Of a stretch of 64,000 nt of DNA, positions 18,821 through 28,761 are shown piece by piece. Position 1 is the stretch's first letter, and every line of letters begins with the position of its first letter. The DNA lies in the NCBI GenBank assembly GCA_963708295.1, contig CAVPSJ010000014.1, positions 64,001 through 128,000 on the forward strand, read 5' to 3'. The position numbers and the translations under genes were made by a program. The notes under the pieces are model-generated. The model saw only the letters and a list, made by a program, of their open reading frames with translations. It did no database searches and was not told the DNA's origin. The DNA comes from an uncultured delta proteobacterium. Lineage in GTDB: Bacteria > Desulfobacterota > BSN033 > UBA1163.

Positions 18821-19060
18821 TTAAAATGAGGAGGCCCGACCTTCTTTCTTTCCCGTTTTCTTTTTCAATTCTCTATGTATTTTTCTCTCCTTCTGTTTTG
18901 TCAAAGTCCCACAGTCAGGGCACCTATTCACGAACGTGCAATCATCCCCCTCCACATAGTAATCTTCGACCTTATCCCAAGTTGATAAGCATTCAAAACT
19001 ACTTAACACCTGTGTAAGCATTTTCCTACATTTTGGACAGTAACAGTACGCCATTGCCAT
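18821..19060 (-). CDS. Small zinc-ribbon-like protein
   Basis: YCYCPKC ... CPDCG; GAGG RBS before ATG. Confidence 0.5.
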   Translation of the reverse strand: MAMAYCYCPKCRKMLTQVLSSFECLSTWDKVEDYYVEGDDCTFVNRCPDCGTLTKQKERKIHRELKKKTGKKEGRASSF

Positions 19061-19719
19061 TCTAGCCACCTCTTCCGTTAAATTTGGCAGCCAGGCCACA
19101 GACCTATCTTCTCAATGTAAATTTAGTAACTGAGCTCAATTTATGCAACCCTAAAAAAAGCACTCGACAATCGCTGATGACATTGGTATGTAATCATTTC
19201 CCTCTTTTCCTCTTTACATACTCGTTAAAGAAGGTGAGGGAGTAATTTAGCTCGGTTGACAAAAATAAGGCCCCTCACGCCGTAAAGATTGCTAATCTCG
19301 GAGAACCATTTGCTCAGCCTAACAGCAGCAAGCATCGTCGCAAGAAAAACGGAAGCAGGATGGATCATACCAGCAGCAATCATCCATGGATGAAGACATA
19401 ATGTCCGCTTTCCTCGGTTTCGATTTTCTGTCATTCTTCTTCATTACCTATTCCCTCTTTTAATCTAAAAATGCCTATCTTTCTTTAAAAAGGCAAGTAG
19501 TGTGAAAAGTTTAGCAACGCCTCTTATTAAAAAGAGGTCCCTGACTAAATGTCAAGTTCTTATGGCATTGCGTTATTGATTTTCACTTGTTGCATTGTCA
19601 CGCAAAATTTTAAAATCAAGACTTCAGGAAGAACTCACCATTGCACTTGGTAATGTCTGTCGCTTGAGATTCTGACTTACAAGAGGAACCTGCGAAGATA
19701 ATCTTCGTTGATTATGAAC

Positions 19720-20865
19720 TTATTCGTCAGCCGATTTCTTCGGGATTCGGAGCACCCCGTCCACTTCCTCGAAGTCGAACCACCATTTATTTTGGGGGTT
19801 AGGTTTTCCGTATCCAAAGAAGTCATCTGCCCGGACCGCGACGCTTCTTGCAAGGGAGGAGTGTCTCGTCGCCCAGCCGACGGCGCGGTGAAAAAGAGTG
19901 TAAGGTTTGTTCGCCGGGCAGACCGTGATGCAGGTTCCGCATCCAGAACCTTTTTTGTTCCCCACTCGCATGGAGGTGCATTTCTGAACGTCCGTCGGCC
20001 AATGTTCATATCCATTATACATGACTTTGTCACCGAAGCTCAGGGCTCCTGAGGGGCACTCCCGGGCGCACTTCTTACATTTTGAACAAAGGTCCTGAAG
20101 GCCGAAATCAATGGGTTTGTCGGGCAGGAGGGGCAGGTCCGTGGTGACGACGGCGGCCTTAAAACGCGGTCCGAGGAAAGGATGAAGCACACAGTCCCCG
20201 ATTCGACACATCTCTCCCAGGCCTGCCCAGAGGAGGATGGGAGGAACGACGACCTGATAATTTCTTGCGTGGTGGGCTCTGGCCGGATACCCGAGCCTGC
20301 GAATGTAGTCGGCCAGAATACAGGCAATAAATCCCGAGGCCGAGTAGGCCATGAAGCTCATCGAATTACTGATCCACCCGTGAGTGGTATTCGCGCTCGA
20401 TGTTCTCCAATCTTGGTCAATCAAGATACCGATGGCGTATTTGTGATTTAGCTCGATTGTCTCACCATTCCCAAAACTGTGCGTATAGACCGCATACCGG
20501 GGTAACTTACAAATCCCGACGGCGTCCGCCCTGAGGAAGTAGGCCAATTCCTTAACATGACGGGAAAGCACGGCGGGATCTTCGGGAACGGGGGCCTTCT
20601 GCTTGGCGACGATCCCATCGACGATCCCCTTCAAGTGGCCCTGCATTTGCATCAAAGCCGCGGAGAGCGGGTGTTTCTGAACAAACCGCATCCTTTCTAC
20701 CTTGAGGGAGACTCCATAATCCCCTCGCGCTGCTTTGTTGAAGCCGCTCTCCCGCTCATCCACCCTCCGGACCTGATCATCAAGGATTTTTGTCGTAGGG
20801 CGATCTACTCTTTTCAGTTTATGGACAGGAAAGGGCTCAACATCCCGTTTGTGATAGCCGCTCAT
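19720..20865 (-). CDS. Reductive dehalogenase (RdhA)-family corrinoid/2x4Fe-4S protein lacking a Tat signal
   Basis: KRVDRPTT, K.LAYFL.ADAVGIC, YIRRLGYPARAH, AGLGE..R.G, GPRFK, CSKCKKCARECP, C...GCGTCITVCP. Confidence 0.85.
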   Translation of the reverse strand: MSGYHKRDVEPFPVHKLKRVDRPTTKILDDQVRRVDERESGFNKAARGDYGVSLKVERMRFVQKHPLSAALMQMQGHLKGIVDGIVAKQKAPVPEDPAVLSRHVKELAYFLRADAVGICKLPRYAVYTHSFGNGETIELNHKYAIGILIDQDWRTSSANTTHGWISNSMSFMAYSASGFIACILADYIRRLGYPARAHHARNYQVVVPPILLWAGLGEMCRIGDCVLHPFLGPRFKAAVVTTDLPLLPDKPIDFGLQDLCSKCKKCARECPSGALSFGDKVMYNGYEHWPTDVQKCTSMRVGNKKGSGCGTCITVCPANKPYTLFHRAVGWATRHSSLARSVAVRADDFFGYGKPNPQNKWWFDFEEVDGVLRIPKKSADE

Positions 20866-20890
20866 AAGTTCATCCTCATTATGTTTTTAG

Positions 20891-21064
20891 CAGGTTGCTG
20901 AAAAACGCCCATCTGCTTCGTTATCCGGCCGCCTCACCGTCTCGGCGGCGTGGCAATAAGTCGCTCCTTATTCGTCGCGACGCCACCCCTCATCCTTTCC
21001 CGTGTCAAAGCACGGGGCAGGCTTGTTGCGGCGTACTTCCAAATAAACACTTTTTCAGCAACCC
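20891..21064. mobile_element. MITE family A, copy 2 (inverted relative to copy 1)
   Basis: CAGGTTGCTGAAAAA ... TTTTTCAGCAACC; internal segment is reverse complement of ~6180-6220. Confidence 0.7.
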
Positions 21065-22722
21065 TTTGATTCCTTCTGAAGCTTTTCGTTAATGATCGAC
21101 CGCAGTTCCTTCTTGTCGATCTTTCCAACCTGGGTCATGGGAAACTCTTTGACCAGCTCCAATCGTTCAGGCAGTTTGAAGGTTGAAATGTGTCTTTCTT
21201 CTTTGAAGAAAGGCACACAGTTCGTCAAGGGTCAGCCCCTGGTTTTCCTTTGGTCAGGACGAAGGCACATCCTTTTTCTCCGAGCACAGGGTCGGGCATC
21301 GCCACATAAGCACAATTCTCCACCTTCGGGTGAGCCAGAATATGGTTTTCCACTTCCTCTGCGCTTATCTTTTCGGCTCCCCGGTTAATCGTGTCCTTGA
21401 TCCTGCCCTCCACGCCACGTATCGTCCCCTGAACCATCCTCACCACGTCCCCGGTGCGATAGAAGCCGTCTTCGGTGAATGCCTTCTTATTGTATTCGGG
21501 TGAATGATAGTAGCCCCGTGATGGTGGTGGGTCCTCGAACTAACAATTCTCCCAGTTCGCCATAAGGAACTTCCTGATCATTCTCATCCACCACCCTGAT
21601 CTCGTCGTCCTTAAACATGGGAGCGCCTTGTGTATTGAGGAGCAGGTCTTCGGGGTCATCCCTTTCCGTCCAGAAAAGCATGCCTTCGGCCATCCCGAGG
21701 TTCTGGTGGTAGTCGCATCCCAGGGTCGATCTTGATTTTCTTTGCCACTTCAGCGTTCAGTCTTGCTCCACCGGCAAGGACGACTTCCAAAGAGCTCAAA
21801 TCATATTTGGATAGCTCAGGCGCCTCCATCCAACGAATGAGCAGGGCAGGAGGGGTCGGCATGATCGTTATTTTCTCCTTCTGAATACGCTTCAAAGACC
21901 GGCTTCTGTTTTCGTTGAAGGGATGAGAACTACCTTCCCGCCCTTGTATAACATCCCCATCAACCCCGGAGAGCTCAGAGCAAAATTGTGATTGACCGGG
22001 ATGGCGATTCCCATCACCGAATCCTCGCTTAGTCTTGTTATTTCAGCCACCCGTTTGAAGTTGAGGCTGTAGTCATTGTGAGTCCTCGGGATGATCTTAG
22101 GAACCCCGGTCGTTCCTCCGGACAGCTGGAAGACGGCCGGTTCCATCGGATCGGGTCGATATTTCTTCAGGGATTCAACTGGAACTCGCTCTTCGATTCT
22201 GTCGTTCAGAAGGGTGGTGAGGGAAATAAAGTCATCCTCGACCCCTTCCCCGACACCAATGTGAATTCAAGGGTGGGGATTTTCTTTCGAATTTCACGAG
22301 ACATCGCTTGATGTGAAAAATCCCTGAAGCGGGACGGAATCGACGTGGGCCCTGGCTTGAGTGAACTGGGCAAAGAAGGAGATCTCCGCGTCCCGGTGAG
22401 CGGGGAGGGCGAGGATCGGAATAACGCCTATTTTGACTGCGGCGAAGTAACAGTAGACAAATTCCGGTTCATTGGGGAGTTGAAGGATGATCCGATCATA
22501 GGGTCTCAAACCCAGATTGATCAAATGGAGAGAAAGCCGATTTACCTTTTCAGCCATCTCAGCGTAGGAAACGTAGTCTCCCGTGTAGGCAAGCGCGACT
22601 CGATGAGGGTGTCGATTCACCCAATCGTCAAATTCTTCTCCGAGTGTCTTGTCGATCCAGTAGCCCTTTTCCTTGTATTTCTTTACAAAGGATTCGGGAT
22701 ATGGAACAAAACCTTCCAACAT
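21055..22722 (-). CDS. Aryl-acid adenylating enzyme (DhbE/EntE-like aryl-AMP/CoA ligase); multiple frameshifts
   Basis: [68 protein letters not shown]. Confidence 0.85.
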
Positions 22723-22818
22723 GGCTTCATCTCCGATTTTTGAACGATTTTTCTAATTCTCAGTTTTGTCCAGATTAGATTTACTACCCGGTCCATAATT
22801 GAACAGACATCTGATTAA

Positions 22819-23020
22819 CCCCACCCCCACCCTTCCCCTCCCCCTGAAGGGGAGGAAAATCGTAATGTTCTGCCCCTTCGAAGAGGAAATTCTTATTCTC
22901 CTCCTCCTTCAAGGGGGAGGTTAGGAAGGGGATGGGGATGGCCCCGTCAGTAATTAATGCAGTCATTGCGAGCGAAGCCCTGCACCGTCATGCGTGTTCA
23001 GCGGCGAATCGAAGCAATCT
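22819..23020. repeat. REP-like palindromes (CCTCCCC..GGGGAGG and GTCATTGCGAG...AAGCAATC types)
   Basis: Inverted poly-C/poly-G arms at 22819-22940; GTCATTGCGAGCGAAG...GAAGCAATCT at ~22962-23020. Confidence 0.55.
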
Positions 23021-23047
23021 GTTATTTTGGACGACAATGTCTAGTCT

Positions 23048-23528
23048 CTATGATTTCTTCTGCATCATTTTTGACGCAGCCATAATGGAATCGACAATAT
23101 GCTGATATCCGGTGCAACGACACAGGTTTCCGGAAATCGCCTTTCTGATCTCAGTCGTTGTCGGCTCCGGATTCTCATCCAGAAAGGCCTTTGCAGACAT
23201 CACCATTCCCGGGGTACAGAAACCGCATTGAATGGCTCCGTGTTTCAAAAAGGCTTCCTGTATCGGGTGGAGTTTTTCGCCCTCTGAAAGTCCCTCGATC
23301 GTCAGTGATCTCCTTCCCCTGAGCATCCATGGCGAGCACCAGGCAGGAGGCGACCGGCCTTCCATCGATCAGCACGGTGCAGGCACCGCAATTCCCCTCA
23401 TTGCACGATTTCTTTGTTCCTGTCAGGCCCAGGTTTTCTCTTAAGACTTCCAGGAGGGTCCTCCTCGTTTCAATGCTCAGTCGATAATTTGTTCCGTTCA
23501 CTTTCAATGTAATCTCTTCTTGTTTCAT
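23048..23528 (-). CDS. XDH-family 2Fe-2S small subunit (CoxS/CutS-like); one frameshift
   Basis: TGTKKSCNEGNCGACTV...SC; QCGFCTPG; GNLCRCTGY. Confidence 0.92.
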
Positions 23529-23555
23529 ACACCCGACTCCTTCAAATCGCTGATC

Positions 23556-24441
23556 TCAATTGATCCTGTTATACGCAGCCATGACCGCCCGTTTCGTCAG
23601 AACCTCGATCATCTCTCTTCGATATTCCTTCGATGCACGCATACTGCTTCGCGGGTTCGCTTCCTGAGCAGCTATCTTTCCTGCTTCCTTTCCCACCGTC
23701 TCATTCATCTCTCTGTTCAGGAGAATTTGTTCAGCTTTTAAGGCCCGGATCGGGGTTAAGCCAACAGCGCCGAGAGCGATCCTGGCTCCCCGTGCAAGTC
23801 TTTCTTTCTGAATCGAAGCTCAAGCAGGCAGCGACGCCAACCTGCGCCAAGTCCATGGCAGCGCGCCGCATCAGCTTGAAGTAGGCCCCGCTGCTTTTCT
23901 CGAGCGGATTGGGAATCATGATCTGAGTCAGGATCTCACCGGGTTTGAGAACGGACTCCCCCGGCCCCTTAAAAAACTTCTCAACGAGCACTTTTCTCTT
24001 TCCCTTGGGACCTATGATTTCGACCGACGCATCCAAAACGATCAACGGGGGGGCTGTATCGGCAGACGGCGCCGCGCTGCAGAGATTCCCTCCAATCGTT
24101 CCCAGATTTCTTATTTGAGGAGACGCCATCACCTGAGCGGCATCCCAGAGGACGCGAAACTTATCCTGAATCATTTTCGAATGTTCGATTTCGCCTAAGG
24201 TGACCAAGGCTCCAATTCTCATCCCTTCCTTCTCATCGTGGATGCCCTTCAGCTCCGCTATCCCTTTGAGGTTGATGAGATGCTCGGGGACAATCTCTCT
24301 TTTTTTCATCGACACCAGGAGATCCGTTCCCCCTGCCAAAACTCTGCCCTTTCCATCATATTTGGCCAAGAAGTCCAGGGCCTCGGGAAGGGATGTCGGG
24401 GCATGGTATTCAAATTTAGGCAATCTCTTGATAAACATCAC
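23556..24441 (-). CDS. XDH-family FAD-binding medium subunit (CoxM/CutM-like); frameshift near 3' end
   Basis: LAGGTDL, ASPQIRNLGTIGGNL..AAPSAD; RASKEYR in alternate frame. Confidence 0.9.
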
Positions 24442-26717
24442 TTCGCCTCCTTTTCTTTCAAGGCTTTTAGAATCTTTTCAGGGGTGATGGGAAGATCTTT
24501 GATCCTCACTCCAACCGCATCATAGACCCCGTTGGCAATCGCTGCCATGGTTGAGCAGGAGCTTGCTTCTCCTGCGCCTTTGGCGCCAAAGGGACCATAA
24601 GGGTCATGGGTATGAACATGCTCGACGACATATTCCGGCACATCCATACTCGTCGGTTGTTTGTAGTTCTGCCAGGTGAAATTGAGGGCACGCCCTTTTT
24701 CATCATAGAGTGATTCTTCAAGGAGGGCGTGACCCGTCATATGGGTGCTGCCGCCATTGACCTGTCCTTCCAGCATGAGGGGGTTGATGGGTTGACCGGC
24801 ATCGTCCCCGTGGGCCGCTTTGATCAGTGTCACTTTTCCCGTCTCCTTATCCACCTCTAACTCCATGGCCGTGGCGATAAAGTCGAGACCGTGGACCAGA
24901 TTCCCCTTTCCTGTCTTCCAGTCCACGATATCGATGTCCGTCGCTGCCCAGTAGCCCCTTCCGTAGAGAGGGGTCCCCCGGTCATAATAGGCCCTCCGGA
25001 CGGCCAGGAGAAAGTCGATCCCCTTTTCCGGGTTTCCTTTGGGAAAAATCCGTCTGTTCTTGAATTCAAGTTCTTCCGGGTCGGCCTTCAATTCCTTTGC
25101 GGCAATTTCTGCAAGCTGTCTTTTCAGATCCTTTGCGGCCAAGATCGTCGCGTTGCCATCCCAGTACGTGCATCGATCTCCGAACATTCCCGAATCAAGA
25201 ATGGCCGTGTCTGAATCGCTGACCCCCTGGATCATATCTTCGAAAGGAAGACCCAGCACCTCTGCCGCCATCTGGCAGAAAACGGTGTTCGCCCCTTGCC
25301 CGATCTCCGTGCCGCCGTGGGTGACGATGACCTTTCCATCTTCCACAAGCTTCAGCATCACGGAGGAGCCGAAATGGCCGCCCAGTCTTGGGCCGGAGGG
25401 ATGGGAGGCACAGCTAAAGCCGATTCCCCTTCCTTCGGGTCTTCGTTTCCTGCTCTCCTTCCATTTAATCTTTTCGGCTGACTTCTCAATGCATTCCGGA
25501 AGGCCCGATACATCCACCATCATCCCGTTGGCCGTCCTCCATTGACTGGTGACCGCATTGATTTTCCTGATCTCTACCTGGTCAATGCCAAGGTCTTCGG
25601 CGACCATATGGAGCAGGGAGTCCAGGGCAAACTGGGCCAGGGTGATCTCCTGTCCTCTCACCGTACCGCAGGGAGCCCTGTTCGAATAGACCAGCTTGCC
25701 GTGGTACTCGATGGCAGGAATCTTGTACGGGATATTTAAGAATGCGCCGAAATAATAGATGTTGAAAGGTCCGATCCCGCAGATGGGGCCCCCTTCAAGA
25801 ATGCATTCCGCTTTCAGGGCAGTGATGGCGCCATTTTTTCTTACGCCGATTTTCAGCCGGGCATCCATGGCATTTCGCTGCCTGTAGGCTGCGAGGACTT
25901 CGTCGTAGTTCAAAACGATCTTGACAGGCCGTCGGGTGATCTGCGCCAGCTTGGCCGCTGCAAAATCGACATCAAAGGGATCATGTTTTCCCGAAAAGGC
26001 GCCCCCCACGAAGGGGTTGACAATTCTCATCCCGGAGAGGGGAATGTCTAGAGCCCTGCACATGTGACGCCAGGTGATGTAGGGACTTTGTTTGGAACCT
26101 TGCAAGAGAATTCTGCCGGTCGGGTCCACTTCGGCCAGGCAGGCATGAGGTTCGATGAAACCTACGGTCACGCGCTGGGAGGTGAATGTCTCCTCTCTGA
26201 TGTAATCCGCCTCTTTGAACCCTTTTTCAACATCCCCGAAGTTGAAATCTGAGAAATAGGCGAGGTTGCTTTTTGAGAATTCGTTGACCAGCGAGGCTCC
26301 AGGTTTTAGAGCGTCCTCGGCCGTCAGAACGACGGGCAATTCCTCATAGTCTACTTTGATTAAATCGAGTGCCTCCTCGGCTGTATCCTCATCCATGGCA
26401 GCCACGGCCGCCACCCCTTCTCCAAAATGGTGGACCTTGGTGATGGGCATAGGAATTTGATCTCTGGTATCGGGTCGGGTGCCGAAGGGGATTCCCGGAA
26501 AATCTTTTCCTGTGATGACTCCCATGACGCCTGGAAGTGCCCTGGCTCTGCTCGTATCGATGTTGAGGATTTTGGCATGGGCCAGGGGACTTCTCAAAAG
26601 TTTGCCGTGCAACATTCCGGCTGCCACCAGATCTCCGGCATATTTCGCCTTACCAGTGACCTTCACCCTTCCGTCCGTTCTTTCCACCGATTTGCCCACA
26701 ACCGAATATTCTTCCAT
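24438..26717 (-). CDS. XDH-family molybdopterin-binding large subunit
   Basis: KVTGKAKYAGD, RSPLAHAKI, EPH, VGGAFSGK, GTEIGQG, INP..LEGQ..GG, GPFGAKGAGE. Confidence 0.93.
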   Translation of the reverse strand: MEEYSVVGKSVERTDGRVKVTGKAKYAGDLVAAGMLHGKLLRSPLAHAKILNIDTSRARALPGVMGVITGKDFPGIPFGTRPDTRDQIPMPITKVHHFGEGVAAVAAMDEDTAEEALDLIKVDYEELPVVLTAEDALKPGASLVNEFSKSNLAYFSDFNFGDVEKGFKEADYIREETFTSQRVTVGFIEPHACLAEVDPTGRILLQGSKQSPYITWRHMCRALDIPLSGMRIVNPFVGGAFSGKHDPFDVDFAAAKLAQITRRPVKIVLNYDEVLAAYRQRNAMDARLKIGVRKNGAITALKAECILEGGPICGIGPFNIYYFGAFLNIPYKIPAIEYHGKLVYSNRAPCGTVRGQEITLAQFALDSLLHMVAEDLGIDQVEIRKINAVTSQWRTANGMMVDVSGLPECIEKSAEKIKWKESRKRRPEGRGIGFSCASHPSGPRLGGHFGSSVMLKLVEDGKVIVTHGGTEIGQGANTVFCQMAAEVLGLPFEDMIQGVSDSDTAILDSGMFGDRCTYWDGNATILAAKDLKRQLAEIAAKELKADPEELEFKNRRIFPKGNPEKGIDFLLAVRRAYYDRGTPLYGRGYWAATDIDIVDWKTGKGNLVHGLDFIATAMELEVDKETGKVTLIKAAHGDDAGQPINPLMLEGQVNGGSTHMTGHALLEESLYDEKGRALNFTWQNYKQPTSMDVPEYVVEHVHTHDPYGPFGAKGAGEASSCSTMAAIANGVYDAVGVRIKDLPITPEKILKALKEKEAK

Positions 26718-26780
26718 GCCGTTACTCTCCTTCTTTCATTTGGATTCCTGCAATTCAAATCAGCCAGCCACAATTACATT

Positions 26781-26932
26781 AAATCCGAAATTCGAATTCC
26801 GAAACAATGACCAAAATTCGAATCTCAAATGACCAAAACCTGTTATTCGAGGTCGGGTGTTTCAAGTTTGGAGCATTTCGGATTCTGATATTCGAACTTG
26901 TTTCGAATTTCGTATTTCGATATTCGGATTTT
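26781..26932. repeat. Degenerate heptamer repeats in inverted arrangement (AAATCCG/AAATTCG ... TTCGAAT/TTCGGAT)
   Basis: aaatccgaaattcgaattccgaaacaa ... ttgtttcgaatttcgtatttcgatattcggattt form a long imperfect hairpin. Confidence 0.65.
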
Positions 26933-27037
26933 CACCCCTTTGCCACCCAGACAACAAAGGAATCCTTTGTGCCCAGCCCCCAAGATATGGGCTATGGTCA
27001 CCTCCCCTCCATGGAGGGTGAGGGTGTCAAAGTTCTT

Positions 27038-27326
27038 CTACCCTCCTCCCAAGGGAATGATGATGATGGTCACTGTATCTCCGTCCTTCAAAGGGGTCTC
27101 CAATCCGCCGCTCCACTGTGGGATAAGGAACATCATTGATCCTGATTTCCCATTCATCGGGGTTGATGGTCTGGCTCCCAGGTCGTACATACTCAACCCG
27201 AGTGGGTGACCTCTCCGAGAGCTCTTCCAGAAATTCTCTGATGGTCAATTGGGATTGATCTAAATCCGCAAATTCTCCGTTGTCCAGCCCGGGAACAACG
27301 AAGTTAGACTTCACGTGGATTTTCAT
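27038..27326 (-). CDS. MoaD/ThiS-like ubiquitin-fold protein; frameshift near 27120
   Basis: Alternate frame ends GLETPLKDGDTVTIIIIPLGGG* (C-terminal GG); GGAGG RBS. Confidence 0.7.
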
Positions 27327-27458
27327 GAGCCTCCACCTTTATCTTTGATACCTCATTCTCGTCCATGAGGCAGATCTTCTCCAAGCCGACTGATGCCTCC
27401 GAGACATCGCGCTATGAAGCGTTGTATGATCATAGGCGACTCCTTGGCTGGAGTGGAT

Positions 27459-28472
27459 TTACGACTTCAGTCCCATAAGCCGTCGGACGTTGCCCTCATA
27501 GATGGCCTGGCGCTCTGACGGCTTAATATCCAAGCTGTCGATGATCTCGATGGTCCAACGGATATAGGCAGTTCCCTTCTCCGGATCGAAAGGCATGTCC
27601 GAAGCAAAGAGGACTCTATCTGTCCCAAAGAATTTCATGCCGCAGATCGTTGCCTCCTTGGACCCGAAGACGGCTGTGTCTGCATAGAAGAGATGGAAGT
27701 AATCGAGCGGCCTCTTTTTCAGTTTTTTCAGACAAGTGGAAGTAGTCTTCATCAGAAGTCCGTGTGCCCAAGCTGGTCCCAGCCGGGACCGACACGACCT
27801 TCAAAGTAGGGGATCATGCCGCCCAGGTGGTGGGTGATGATTTTAAGGTTGGGGTGTTTGTCAAAGAGGCCGGCAAAGACCAGATGGGCCATGGCCACGC
27901 TGGTCTCATAAGGCCAGCCGAAGGTCCACCAGATCTCATAGTGGCTCTTGCGTTCGCCCTTGTAGTCCGGGAAATCGGCCCCCCGGGCCGGGATGAAGCC
28001 AGATGGGCCGGTCGAGTTCAGCCATGAGGTCGAAGAGAGGCATGGTCTCGGGTTTGTCCAGAGGCCGGCCGTTGACATTGGAAAATATCTGAACGCCGAC
28101 GGCCCCGAGGTCCTTGATCGCCCGCCTGGCCTCTTCGAGAAGCCCTTTCGGATCGTTCATCGGCAGGGAGGCGATAAAACCGGGAAAGCGCTTCGGATAT
28201 TTTTGGACCAGTTCCGCCATCCCGTCGTTGGCCAACTTGGCCAGGTCGGTGGAGATCGGAGGAGGACCAAAGGCCTCGATCGGGGGCGATCCGATACAGA
28301 TGATCTGGGCGTAGTCATCGAAGAGGTCCATCATCTTGAACCGGACATCGAGGTCCACGATGCTTGGAACATTGCGGACCCGTTTGTGCATGTCTGCTCC
28401 ATTGGGCAAGAGTTCAAGCATCTTGTCAAAGTATTTCTTGGGAAAGATGTGATTAAAGACGTCGATCTTCAT
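27459..28472 (-). CDS. Amidohydrolase_2-family protein (ACMSD/LigW-like decarboxylase or hydratase); two frameshifts
   Basis: DVFNHIFP, A.L.NDG, LHP, FGWPYET, HHLGGMIPY, YADTA, LFASDMPF. Confidence 0.85.
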
Positions 28473-28523
28473 CGATCATACCTCCTTTATGGGTTACGAT
28501 CAGAATCGGGAAGGTGTCTCACC

Positions 28524-28731
28524 TTACAGGCAGAGCATCTCGGGACCGAACCGTATCGTGATGGCTTCCACCGGGCAATCAAGACGGCAGGAGCCGCAGT
28601 GCCAGCACTCGTCCGGATACTTGACCGTCGGAAGCTTCTTTCTTCTTGTCAAAATGGATCACATCCAGCGGGCAATGCAAGTCGCAGGTTCCGCATTTCT
28701 TGCACTTCTTCAGATCGATCACAGGGGGCAT
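28524..28731 (-). CDS. AprB-like 2x4Fe-4S ferredoxin; one frameshift
   Basis: MPPVIDLKKCKKCGTCDLHCP ... VKYPDECWHCGSCRLDCPVEAI. Confidence 0.8.
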
Positions 28732-28761
28732 GGTTTGCTCCTCTCTTCGCCTCTTTTCCCA

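Noticed and set aside
21055-22722. Siderophore/NRPS cluster around DhbE-like gene
   Set aside because: No carrier protein, isochorismate genes or NRPS modules; context is catabolic.
23048-26717. 4-hydroxybenzoyl-CoA reductase (hcrCAB) call, suggested by the nearby phenol genes
   Set aside because: FAD subunit lacks the HcrB 4Fe-4S insertion, and large-subunit motifs differ from HcrA (RGHG, SSR, KEASE).
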